Source of the DNA: a bacterium
Lineage (GTDB): Bacteria > RBG-13-61-14 > DATKZS01
Assembly (NCBI GenBank): GCA_046484135.1
Contig: JAWOBU010000111.1
Location: 1 to 15,228 of the forward strand
Reading direction: 5' to 3'
Length of the DNA: 15,228 nucleotides
Made by a program: the position numbers and the translations under genes. Positions within the stretch are counted from its first letter, which is position 1. Each line of letters opens with the position of its first letter. Positions 1 through 8,372 of the stretch are shown piece after piece. The notes under the pieces are model-generated. The model did not search any database. It was not told where the DNA came from and saw nothing but the letters and a program-made list of their open reading frames with translations.

Positions 1-829
1 GGCCGCTTGAATGCATGACGACTTTCTTCAGCCTGTCCGTGTCCTCTTCAAAATAGGGAAGGGCCTCCTCCAAAAAGGCGGGGTCCTCCGGATCGAATTC
101 CGGATCATGTTCCAGGTACTTGTCAAGTACCAAACAGAAACACATGTCTTCAAACTCTTGAACAGCAAACTGCATGATCTGGGAAGAGTCCTTGATACGA
201 GGCCAGGCTTCAAGCAACACCCGGCGCAGCACATCGGTGCAGTCATGGTACTGGAGCCTGTAGATAGTTTTCATAAACTCATCTATGCCCTGCTCCGGGT
301 CGCGGGCCATTTCCGAAAGGGGCGTGAGCAAGTCTCCGTCCGGCTCGAGCATGGCGTTCTCCGCCAGTAAGTAATTCATCCACCCCGATTCCTCGGCATA
401 GGCCTCGGGATGAAGCGCCTCTACTCTTCTTATGAGCTTGTCAAGGTCTTTGGCCCTGCCCGACTTTTGAAGAGGCTTACGTAAAAAATCCGTGAGCGTA
501 AATGCCAGCTCCCCCTTAAATTCAGGATAGCTCTCGATCAACTCGCTCGCCCTCTCGATCTTTTCATCCACCGAGGCCTCCTCGAGCTCCTCCCAGAACC
601 GTATCCACCGCTTCCGCTCCGGAGACGCCCGCTTTTTCTCATCCTTCCGCATCTGGCGCATAAAGGCTTGGGCGTACTCCAGCTCTTTATCCACACCCGC
701 CTCGTCATCATCATCCGCCGCCGCCGCCGGCACGCGCCTTGCCTCCTCCTCGTCCTTTTCCAGGCAACACTTCTTGTACTTCTTGCCCGAGCCGCAAGGA
801 CAGGGATCATTACGGCCGACCTTGCCCAT
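1..829 (-). CDS. SEC-C (zinc-binding) motif-containing protein, 3' end beyond the window
   Basis: Translated by hand from ATG at 829, with an AAGGAGG RBS just upstream: [43 protein letters not shown]... The frame stays open for 276 codons to the window edge. It has a canonical N-terminal SEC-C motif ([18 protein letters not shown]) and an acidic, helical-looking body. It is absent from the ORF track because there is no stop codon in the window. Confidence 0.92.
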
Positions 830-1147
830 TCAGTCCTCCTTAATAACAGCTTTTATTGAAGCTCCTGTGTGTTCCCGAGTGAAAACATGGCATTGCCGGG
901 TGCTGAAGAGAGTTTGCGTGCGATATGGAATTTCATGTCAATGAAGACGAGTTGCTGTATAGACTACTATATTCCCAAAACCTCTCGTACCCCGTAAGCG
1001 GGAAGCCGGCCCTTTTACCACCGGCAGGGCAGTCCGACTCCTCGGCAGTTAAAAAGAATACCAGGACGGGAAGGACATGGCAAGGATTGCTCTTTCAGTG
1101 AAGTTTCCCACTTTTTTGAACTACTGAGCTTCTTGGTTGACCGAATG

Positions 1148-1202
1148 GTGGGAGAGACCTCCCGGTCTCGATCAGCGCGAGCTCCCGCTCGTTCTCATCA
1201 CA
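1148..1202. repeat. REP-like hairpin pair
   Basis: GTGGGA-GAGACC-TCCC-GGTCTC-GAT (1148-1172) has the GTGG/GTAG head plus palindrome layout of REP elements. A second hairpin GCGAGC-TCCC-GCTCGT (1177-1192) follows with a degenerate ..TCTCATCACA tail. Confidence 0.5.
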
Positions 1203-1356
1203 AGAACTCGGGATTTTGCAAAAGCCGCTTCAAAAAGAGAGGATCAACGTATTTAAGTGTGGGTAACTGGAGAATGTCTACTAACGACATTGGACCTATC
1301 GTGCTGATTATAAAGGTTGTTTTGCGTTTTTGCATTCTCGGCTACCAGCGGGGAGG

Positions 1357-1385
1357 TTGCCTTTGGGCTTCTTCTCTGATATTGT
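1357..1385 (+). promoter_or_regulatory. Putative sigma70 promoter inside the MITE
   Basis: TTGCCT (1357-1362), 17-bp spacer, TATTGT (1380-1385), with an extended -10 TG at 1377-1378. The predicted start near 1391-1392 coincides with the first base-paired segment downstream. Confidence 0.45.
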
Positions 1386-1391
1386 ACCCAT

Positions 1392-1502
1392 GCTGGCCCG
1401 GAGGATAGGGCAACGCAGGCGTGCGACCCGAGCGCCGAGGCCGGTGGCTATACAGCGGGGAGGGGCCGGGCCAGTTCCGGCCTTTTCCCTATTCCCCGCT
1501 GG
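1392..1502 (+). ncRNA. Candidate structured non-coding RNA (family not recognised)
   Basis: Several helices are possible: 1393-1401/1466-1474 (9 bp perfect), 1403-1410/1487-1494, hairpin 1418-1436, 1437-1444/1477-1484 and 1453-1461/1493-1501. The segment lies directly behind a putative promoter. It is GC-rich, so some pairing is expected by chance. Confidence 0.35.
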
Positions 1503-1612
1503 AAGCCCTAAAAGCGATAAACGCATCTTTGCTTATCCACCCACACTAAAATACGTAGAACCAAAAGAAAAAGGGACCTTTGATGGCCTGCCATCCATCC
1601 GCGGCCGGGTAA

Positions 1613-1641
1613 TTGCCGTTTCTTAAGACTTGCCGTATAAT
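1613..1641 (+). promoter_or_regulatory. sigma70 promoter of the metallohydrolase gene
   Basis: TTGCCG (1613-1618), 17-bp spacer, perfect TATAAT (1636-1641). A GGAGG RBS at 1671-1675 precedes the ATG at 1685. Confidence 0.7.
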
Positions 1642-1684
1642 CTAACTTTACCCGCTATGTACGGTGCTTGGGAGGTTTTATGTC

Positions 1685-4366
1685 ATGAACAGGTTTGGTT
1701 CGTTTTTTCTGGTCCTGCTGATGGGTTTTTCTTTTTCTGCGGGGGCTAAGGAGCTCTCTCCCGCCACCGTTTCCAGCTCGTCCTTTCCTGAAGCCTGCCC
1801 GGGGCTTGGGAAGGCGCGGGCAGGAAAGATAAAAACTCCCGGAGTGGCGCTAAGCGGTCCTGACGCCTTGGGCCGACAGGGCGATTACTACCTTCAAAAC
1901 AACCGGGCGGCGTTCGTGGTCCAGGGTCTCGACCAGGTCAACACCTACTACTATTACGGCGGCATCCTGATTGATGCGGTGGCCATGGAAGGCAGCGAGC
2001 AGGCCTGCTCCGAGCAGTTCGAAGAGCTGGGTCTTTTCATAGGCGAGGTTAACAAGGATGATTTTCTTGCCAGCGGCGTAAGAGCGTTCCGGGGGAAACG
2101 GGTCGAGATCAAAAGCGACGGTTCGGACGGCGAGGCCGCGGTGATCAGGGTCCACGGAACAGACGACTTCTTCTGGATCGTTGAGCTCGAGCTTTTCAAG
2201 ATGATGTACAACGATCTTAACATTCCCAAGCATTACACCAGGCCGCTGGGTCTTGATCTTTACGTTGATTATATCCTTCCGCCGGACTCCCGCGTGCTCC
2301 GGATCGAGTTCAACATAAGAAACAGGGGAGACGAGCGCCGCCACGTGTTCACGGGGGCCGGCGCGTTTTTCGGCAACTCCACCATAAAACGATATTATCA
2401 TGACGGGCTCATATATCTCGCCGACTTCTCCGTACACCGCAACCTGCCCTTTCTGGTCTCCGCCAGTAATAACGGCGCCTGGGCCATTGGCATGGACAAC
2501 GCCTCTCTGGGGACAGCCAATCTCTCCGGGTTTGACGTGTTTTTCGACACCCGCCAGCTTATGCAAAGGATCGAGCTTATGCCCGCGGGCGAGCCCGGCG
2601 ATACTGCGCGGGTAATCCGTTTCATGGCAGTCGGAGACAGCGACTTTAACAGCGCGCTGGTTAATCTTCATCGAGAAAACCCGGAGCCCATAAGAGGATG
2701 GAACGTGGAACTGGAACCCTTCTCAGGAAAAGCAGTGGATTCGGAGACAGGCGAGCCGGTGCAGGGGGCCACTATAGAAGTTCAGGTCAGAAACCGGCTC
2801 GGGCAATGGACCTTTTTAGACGGCTTCATGACCGACCGGGAAGGTAATTTCGAAGGCCGGATACCCCGACTGGGACGCAAGTATCGTCTCACCGCAAAAA
2901 AGGAAGGCAGGAGAGACCCTGGTCCCGTTTACTTCCGACTGAAAGACCGGGACCACATCGAGCTGAAGTTTTCCCCGCCCGGACACTTGAGCTATAACAT
3001 CAAAGACCGGGACGGGAGGGCACTGCCCGCCAAGATAGGGCTTTACCGGGACGGGGAGCTTTCAAAAACCGTTTATACCGGCGCCGGGCCCGGCGTAGAG
3101 CCTTTAAAGCCTGGCTCTTACCGGGTCAACATAAGCCGGGGCTACGAGTATGTTCCTTATGAGGGCGAGATCGAGGTCATGCCGGGGCATACCGCCCGGC
3201 TCTCGGCCGAGCTTTCCCATGCAGTGGACACCTCCGGGTTTCTGTCCGCTGACATGCACGTTCACGCCGGACCGAGCGGGGACAATGATATTTCCATCCC
3301 GGAACGCATCCTGACCGTTGGTGCGGAAGGACTGGACGTGGTGGTGGCGACCGACCACGAAGCGGTCATCCCCTGGCAGCCCGGCGTGGAAGAGACCGGG
3401 CTCCAGGATTGGGTGGCAACAGTGCTGGGAGAAGAAGTGACCGCCACCATCCCCGAACACATCAACATGTTCCCGGTCGAGCCCCGCTTTGACATAGACG
3501 CGCGGGGAGGACCGATAAGGTGGTACGGCATGGACATAGCCGAGGTTTACAACGCTATCCGGGAAAGAGGCGCTGGCATCGTCCAGCTAAACCATCCTCT
3601 GGGCTACTTTGAAATGATCGAGTACAACCTGGGGACCGGAAAAGCAGAGCTGGCGCATCCGGAGTACATAGGGCTGAAACCCGGAGACTCGCTCTGGAGC
3701 TGGGACCTGGACTCCTTCGAGTTCCAGAACGGCTGTAAGCCCGTGTTCGGAGAAGCCATGCCGAAAAGAAAGGCCGGGACCTTCGAGTACTGGATGAGCT
3801 TTTTAAACCTGGGACACCGCGTTACTGCGGTGGCAAACTCCGACGCGCACGACTACTCCCCGCCCGGTCATCCCCGGAATTACTTCAGTTGCGACGCCCG
3901 GAGTCCCGCCGGGTTCAAAGAAGAGATGCTGACCCGCGCCGTTAAAGAGGGCAGAGTTTTGACCAGCACCGGCGCGTTCGCCGAGATCAAGATAAACCGG
4001 AAAGCGGGAATGGGAGACACCGTGATGACCTCTGACAATACCGTGGACCTGTGGCTCCGAATCCAGGCGATCCCGCAAATAGACGTCTCGCATTTCAAGG
4101 TCTTTGTAAACTGCGACCAGGTAATGAACGTGCCGGTGGAGGACACCGGACAGGTGGTAAAATATGAAGGAGAGCTCAACGTACCGGTAAGCCGCGACTC
4201 TCATATCGTGGTCATGGGGTTCGGAAAAGAAAAGCTGCCGGAGGGCTTCAAACAGTTCGACCCCTTGGGCGTGCCCCGCTTCGCGACCAACCCGGTTTAC
4301 ATAGACCACGGAGGAGACGGCTACACGCCGCCCGGCTGGGACGGATGCAGCTACACCCTGCCGTGA
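1685..4366 (+). CDS. Secreted CehA/McbA-family PHP-domain metallohydrolase
   Basis: 900-aa ORF; the likely start is ATG 1685 (RBS GGAGG), giving a signal peptide MNRFGSFFLVLLMGFSFSAGA. PHP metal-binding motifs are DMHVH, ATDH, GEE..T...HINMFP, NHP and NSDAH. They are preceded by a beta-rich N-terminal region and carboxypeptidase-regulatory-like segments (DSETGEPVQGATIEV; PGSYRVNISRGYEY). Confidence 0.85.
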   Translation: MNRFGSFFLVLLMGFSFSAGAKELSPATVSSSSFPEACPGLGKARAGKIKTPGVALSGPDALGRQGDYYLQNNRAAFVVQGLDQVNTYYYYGGILIDAVAMEGSEQACSEQFEELGLFIGEVNKDDFLASGVRAFRGKRVEIKSDGSDGEAAVIRVHGTDDFFWIVELELFKMMYNDLNIPKHYTRPLGLDLYVDYILPPDSRVLRIEFNIRNRGDERRHVFTGAGAFFGNSTIKRYYHDGLIYLADFSVHRNLPFLVSASNNGAWAIGMDNASLGTANLSGFDVFFDTRQLMQRIELMPAGEPGDTARVIRFMAVGDSDFNSALVNLHRENPEPIRGWNVELEPFSGKAVDSETGEPVQGATIEVQVRNRLGQWTFLDGFMTDREGNFEGRIPRLGRKYRLTAKKEGRRDPGPVYFRLKDRDHIELKFSPPGHLSYNIKDRDGRALPAKIGLYRDGELSKTVYTGAGPGVEPLKPGSYRVNISRGYEYVPYEGEIEVMPGHTARLSAELSHAVDTSGFLSADMHVHAGPSGDNDISIPERILTVGAEGLDVVVATDHEAVIPWQPGVEETGLQDWVATVLGEEVTATIPEHINMFPVEPRFDIDARGGPIRWYGMDIAEVYNAIRERGAGIVQLNHPLGYFEMIEYNLGTGKAELAHPEYIGLKPGDSLWSWDLDSFEFQNGCKPVFGEAMPKRKAGTFEYWMSFLNLGHRVTAVANSDAHDYSPPGHPRNYFSCDARSPAGFKEEMLTRAVKEGRVLTSTGAFAEIKINRKAGMGDTVMTSDNTVDLWLRIQAIPQIDVSHFKVFVNCDQVMNVPVEDTGQVVKYEGELNVPVSRDSHIVVMGFGKEKLPEGFKQFDPLGVPRFATNPVYIDHGGDGYTPPGWDGCSYTLP

Positions 4367-4473
4367 AGGCGGGATGCTCCTTTATGCTCATCAAGCACCT
4401 CGCCCACTTCTGCCTGAGCTCTTAAATAGTGCCTGTTGCGAAGAGAGAGTTTTGGAAGAGGCTCCGTCCTCAT

Positions 4474-6876
4474 TCATATAAGAAGCCGGACGGTTATAAT
4501 GGATCTGCGGGCCGGGACCATTACTTTACCGTCCCGGAGCTCGAGTGGGCCGAGGTCCCGCTCCCTGCCGTCGCAAAGCAGGGCTTCTTTGATCTTCCAC
4601 TTAGCAAGCCATAGTTCTATGGGGTCCTCCTTCCGCTTATAAATATGGAGACGGACTATCAGGCCCCGGCCGTCCTCCGCGGGTTTCAAGGCGCTCGCGA
4701 GCGCGTTGTCTCCGCTTAACAGTACCAGGTCTTCCAGCCGGCCGCCGCTTTCATCCCTGCCTTCGTTATAGTTCCGGAAGTCGCGTACGGTAACCGGAAG
4801 GCGGTTTTCGAGCCAGTCCCCTTCCGCTGTAGCCATGATGCCGAAGCAAAGCTTGTGCGAGTGGGGGTCCGGCCCTCGCGCCGGGTGGGCGAGCACGGGC
4901 AGGACCCCGAAGGCCCGCTCCTTGGGCGTGTTCCGAAAGAGGCACCACTCCAGTTTCCCGTTCGCGTCCGCTGACACTGCGCCGGGCATTGCTGAGAGGA
5001 GCGCCACTCCTTTGCCGGTGGCATGGTCCCTTAAGTGGACGAAGCCCTGGAAGGACCAGAAGCATGGGTCGTAGTTTCTGGAAAGCGGGCGGTGGAACAC
5101 GCCTCCGGGAACATCCATGTCCGGGCCGGCTGTTCGGAGGGCGGTGGAAAAGCGGCAGCATATGGTAGATCGGGCAGGAGCGGCCCCTTCGAACTCGAGC
5201 ACGATCAAGGGTGAGCTGTTCCAGAAGAACATCCTCCGGACTATGCTCTGGCCGTCCAGTTCGGACAACACCTCCACCCGGAGCGCTCCCTCCCACTCCT
5301 CCGCACGGAGCCGAGCCGTGGAACCGCTCGCGCGCGTAAGCTCGCGGAAGACACCTCCCCGGTACTCGTGCCCCATGCGCCACAGCCCGCCCGTATCCTT
5401 GTACAAGACGAGGTCGTTGCCCGTGCCCGAGATGATGTTTTCTGCATGAGGGGTCCTGGTCGCAAGGTAAGTAAAAGTGCCGCCTTCTCGTTCATCGAGC
5501 TCTGCCAGGTAATAGCCGGTCTCCACTTCCAGCCGGCCGTCTTGAAGGGACCAGTTCGGCAGGTCAGGCTCACGGGTTTCATGCTTTTGGTTTTCGCCTT
5601 GCCGGAGCGTAGCCAAGAACTCGTCCGTCTCTTTTTGCGCCTTTTCCAGCCAGGGCTTCTGTTCTTTTTTCCATACCCGTTCGGGCGAGGTCCCGGTTAT
5701 GTAGTCATGGTGGTTGCTCACCGCCACGGTCTCCCATCCCCGGCGTATGCTTTGCCGGGCGTCGAAAGAAGGCTTGTCCCGGTCTCTCGAAACCAATAGG
5801 GTTTCTGCTTGTAAAAGGCTTTCGGACAGTCGGGTGCATCTTTTTTTCATCTCGGGCCGACTGGCGTAAAAGCCCATCCAGTAGGGGTTCGGATCGAGCT
5901 TCAGTGCGGGAAGCTCCGCACCACCCGTTTCCACCAGCATAAGGTAGTCGTCGAGCCCGGCGTTCACCGCAAAAAGCCCGGTGTGCGGGTATCGCTCTTG
6001 GTTGTAGCTGTCCAGGATGTCCGGCAGGTCTGGTATGGGGTCCACGAAATCGCACCCGATGGGACAGAACATATACCTGGTGCGGGCAAGAGGAGCGAGC
6101 TTTTTCGCGAACGCTTCTATCCTGCCGGCGGTCTTGCGGGGCGAACGGGAGGGAATACCCAGCCGCAGGCCCATCCACTTGGCGGCACCGGCCGTGTCCA
6201 GGGTGTCGCCCTGGAAGTAGGTAAAAGGGTTCCAGTGGGTAAGTATCATGCTGCCGTCATTGCCTGCCCAGTAAAAGTCCGCGCTCTTGACCTCGTTTTG
6301 CAGAAGGTAAGCGCTGGTTCCCGGCCGGGGAAAAGAGCGGGACGGGCGATAGTCGGAGCCGGGGAAGTACATGCCGTCAATCCGCGAGACCCCCGCGTAC
6401 TCGAAACCCATAGAGCTAAGCAGGTCCGGCAGGCAGGGCGAGTGCCCGAAGTCGTCCGGCAGGTGGGCCAGCACCGGTTCCTGGAAAATGTCGTTTTGGC
6501 GGAGCCACTCCTGGCCGCAAAGGTAGTCGCGGATGATGGCTTCCGCGGACGGCAGGAGGGTGTCGGGGGTGGTGATGCCGCTGCCGGTAAGCCGCATTCG
6601 GCCCTGGTTCAGAAGCTCTCGGAGATCGTCTCTTTTGTGCGGGTTCCTCTCCCAGAACATGCGGAGGAAGTAGAGGCACTCGACCGAGTAGACGCGGCGG
6701 GGGTCTTTCTTGAGCTCTTTTATCGCCTTTGACAGGATGGACCGGATGCGTAGCCGGTAGTAGCGCTCCGCAGTCAAAAGCCAGTCCGGGTCCCAGTGGC
6801 TCGACTCGCCGAAGATGATGACCTGCTTTGCATCAGGCGGGATACCGAGCCGGTCGACCGGGTCCTTGTCCATCAT
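4474..6876 (-). CDS. Glycoside hydrolase family 38 (alpha-mannosidase-like)
   Basis: 800-aa ORF with GH38 motifs SHWDPDW (Zn ligands), LPDDFGHS (nucleophile region), GFYASRP and NHHDYITGT, plus a C-terminal ALKPAEDGRGLIVRL segment. AAGGAG RBS; the second ATG (6873) has better spacing. No signal peptide. Confidence 0.9.
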   Translation of the reverse strand: MMDKDPVDRLGIPPDAKQVIIFGESSHWDPDWLLTAERYYRLRIRSILSKAIKELKKDPRRVYSVECLYFLRMFWERNPHKRDDLRELLNQGRMRLTGSGITTPDTLLPSAEAIIRDYLCGQEWLRQNDIFQEPVLAHLPDDFGHSPCLPDLLSSMGFEYAGVSRIDGMYFPGSDYRPSRSFPRPGTSAYLLQNEVKSADFYWAGNDGSMILTHWNPFTYFQGDTLDTAGAAKWMGLRLGIPSRSPRKTAGRIEAFAKKLAPLARTRYMFCPIGCDFVDPIPDLPDILDSYNQERYPHTGLFAVNAGLDDYLMLVETGGAELPALKLDPNPYWMGFYASRPEMKKRCTRLSESLLQAETLLVSRDRDKPSFDARQSIRRGWETVAVSNHHDYITGTSPERVWKKEQKPWLEKAQKETDEFLATLRQGENQKHETREPDLPNWSLQDGRLEVETGYYLAELDEREGGTFTYLATRTPHAENIISGTGNDLVLYKDTGGLWRMGHEYRGGVFRELTRASGSTARLRAEEWEGALRVEVLSELDGQSIVRRMFFWNSSPLIVLEFEGAAPARSTICCRFSTALRTAGPDMDVPGGVFHRPLSRNYDPCFWSFQGFVHLRDHATGKGVALLSAMPGAVSADANGKLEWCLFRNTPKERAFGVLPVLAHPARGPDPHSHKLCFGIMATAEGDWLENRLPVTVRDFRNYNEGRDESGGRLEDLVLLSGDNALASALKPAEDGRGLIVRLHIYKRKEDPIELWLAKWKIKEALLCDGRERDLGPLELRDGKVMVPARRSIITVRLLI

Positions 6877-6926
6877 GACTCCTTTTTACTGCAACCTAAC
6901 CCGAGATAGCCGGAACCAAACAGGCT

Positions 6927-6960
6927 TTGCATTTCCATGCAATTATTTTGTATCAATACA
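6927..6960. promoter_or_regulatory. Two palindromes upstream of the GH38 gene (possible operators)
   Basis: TTGCAT-ttcc-ATGCAA (6927-6942) and TGTAT-ca-ATACA (6949-6960) in an AT-rich patch. Confidence 0.3.
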
Positions 6961-6969
6961 CCATCACGA

Positions 6970-7068
6970 TCATGCGGGCACTTCCGCCCAATAGCCGCCT
7001 TCTTCCTCCTGGTGAACAACAACCTGGGTTTTCATGGACCCCGTTTCCTTTTTCATCTGCGATGTCAT
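6970..7068 (-). pseudogene. hicB: Truncated HicB-family antitoxin fragment
   Basis: Hand translation behind a GAGGAG RBS gives MTSQMKKETGSMKTQVVVHQEEEGGYWAEVPA-stop. VVVHxEEEGGYWAEVPA is the typical HicB N-terminus, but TGA replaces the expected xPGC.TQG continuation. Confidence 0.75.
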
Positions 7069-7087
7069 ATCTCCTCTCATGCAAAGC

Positions 7088-7116
7088 AGCGTAGCACTGG
7101 ACAGGGCCTACTTCAA
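7088..7116 (-). promoter_or_regulatory. Putative sigma70 promoter upstream of the hicB fragment
   Basis: Minus-strand TTGAAG (7116-7111), 17-bp spacer, TACGCT (7093-7088), about 20 bp upstream of ATG 7068. Confidence 0.4.
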
Positions 7117-7328
7117 TTTACTGTTTTTCGGGTTTTTAACGGGCTTGTGTTAACAGTCTCGTGGAAACACGCCGTCCCGGCGTTAAGCTTATGGAAGACG
7201 GATGTTTTCGGGCCTCGCGCCGTCCGCAGTAAGCTGCTTGGACATATTACATTTTTGGAGAGCGCAGTTATCCCGCCCTCCGCGCCAGCCGGCCGTTTTC
7301 CGCTCCCTTCATGATTTTCCCGGCTCTT

Positions 7329-7736
7329 TCATTTTGCCACCAGCTCTTCGACCTTTTTTATGAAGTCTTCTGGTTCGATGGGTTTTGCAATGAATCCTTC
7401 GGGGGGCGGAAACTGGCTTCTTGTTGAGAGGAACTTCTGGAACTCTTCGGGCTTGGAGCCGTAGCCGGTTACGCCTGTAACGACCAGTATGGGGATGTCG
7501 GCGCTGTCGGGCGCTTCCCGGAGCTCTTTCATGAACTTCGCCCCCGACTTTTCGGGCATGGACATATCGAGGCATATAAGGGCGGGCGGGTTTTGTTTGA
7601 CTTTTTCGAGCGCTTCGTTTCCGTTTTGTGCGGAGTCGGTCTCGTATCCATTATCCTGGAGCACGGTGGTAAGGTAGGTTACCACGTCAGGTTCGTCGTC
7701 CACGACCAGGACCGTTTTTCCGGTTTGGGAAGCCAT
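7329..7736 (-). CDS. Single-domain response regulator (receiver only)
   Basis: VLVVDDE, phosphoacceptor LDMSMP, VVTG and AKP motifs; AGGAGG RBS; no output domain. Confidence 0.95.
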   Translation of the reverse strand: MASQTGKTVLVVDDEPDVVTYLTTVLQDNGYETDSAQNGNEALEKVKQNPPALICLDMSMPEKSGAKFMKELREAPDSADIPILVVTGVTGYGSKPEEFQKFLSTRSQFPPPEGFIAKPIEPEDFIKKVEELVAK

Positions 7737-7771
7737 TTTTTTTCATACCTCCTGCGGGAGTAATGTTTTTC

Positions 7772-7802
7772 CGGGCGGCCTTGCCGTTCCAGGCTTCGCC
7801 CG
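7772..7802. other. Intercistronic hairpin
   Basis: CGGGCG-GCCT-tgccgttcc-AGGC-tt-CGCCCG between the last two receiver genes. No U-tract follows on the coding (minus) strand. Confidence 0.45.
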
Positions 7803-7839
7803 TTTGGTTTTCTACTGTCTCCACTGCTTACATTTCGTT

Positions 7840-8355
7840 CTATTGTTTTTTCAAGACCTCGAGTGCCTCTTTCAACTTTTCCGAGTCCGCTTCCTCGATG
7901 AGTCCTCGCAGCTCGGCCTTGGCGCCGCTTTCCTCCGGTCCTTCCTCGATGGGCATGTTGAGGGCCCTTTTAATGGCGTTCACGTAGGTAGTGGCTTTCA
8001 CCGGTTTTTCCAGGTAAGTCTCGGGTCCGAGCAGGGCCTTTCCGGACATCACGTCCTGGAAGTCCTTTTTGCCGAGGTCGTCCTTGGCGTGGGCGGTAAC
8101 GAGGACGATGGGTATCTTCTGCCACTGTTTGTTTTTTCGGAGCTCATAGAGGAACCTGGCGCCGGACTTCTTGGGCATGACCAGGTCCAGTGATATTACA
8201 TCCGGCTGCTGGTTCTCGACCTTTTCCAAGGCCTCCATTCCGTCGGCCGCGGTTTGTACCGTAAAGCCGGCGTCCTCGAGCGCGGTTTGCAGAAAAAGCC
8301 GCACTTCTTCCTCGTCGTCCACGACCAGTACTGTTTTTTCCGAAGGGGAAGTCAT
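7840..8355 (-). CDS. Response regulator receiver with short C-terminal helical extension
   Basis: VLVVDDE, LDLVMP, VTA and EKP motifs; ~40-aa charged tail with no recognisable DNA-binding domain; AAGGAGG RBS. Confidence 0.95.
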   Translation of the reverse strand: MTSPSEKTVLVVDDEEEVRLFLQTALEDAGFTVQTAADGMEALEKVENQQPDVISLDLVMPKKSGARFLYELRKNKQWQKIPIVLVTAHAKDDLGKKDFQDVMSGKALLGPETYLEKPVKATTYVNAIKRALNMPIEEGPEESGAKAELRGLIEEADSEKLKEALEVLKKQ

Positions 8356-8372
8356 TTTTTCAACCTCCTTTT

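Larger units (their letters stand above)
1241..1562. mobile_element. 322-bp MITE / internally deleted IS (IS1595-family-like ends)
   Basis: Left end GGATCAACGTATTTAAGTGTGGGT (1241-1264) matches the reverse complement of 1539-1562, GGTTCTACGTATTTTAGTGTGGGT, at 21/24 positions. The flanks AAAAGAGA (1233-1240) and AAAAGAAA (1563-1570) form a 7/8 direct repeat. No transposase ORF lies inside. The family assignment rests on GG-starting ~24-bp TIRs and an 8-bp AT-rich TSD and is an inference. Confidence 0.8.

Noticed and set aside
703..730. (TCA)n and (CCG)n trinucleotide runs
   Set aside because: They encode the low-complexity PAAAADDDD linker of the SEC-C protein.
11..859. Track ORFs at 11-370, 28-246, 538-810 and 668-859
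   Set aside because: These are alternative frames overlapping the SEC-C gene (829 to <1).
888..1092. Possible sigma54 sites (TGGCA...TGC) at ~888 and ~1078, and a minus-strand TTGACA at 936-941
   Set aside because: The GG-GC spacing is 11 and 8 nt rather than 10, and the TTGACA has no matching -10 at 16-18 bp.
1133..1626. Short ORFs 1133-1408, 1308-1526 and 1330-1626
   Set aside because: They lack convincing RBS or motifs, two of them cross the MITE boundaries, and none resembles a transposase.
4368..4404. Imperfect hairpin between the convergent hydrolase genes
   Set aside because: It has a large loop, a mismatch and no U-tract on either strand, so it cannot be called a terminator.
6937..7314. 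125-aa plus-strand ORF in the intergenic region
   Set aside because: It has an atypical composition and no RBS, and the minus-strand hicB fragment explains part of the region better.
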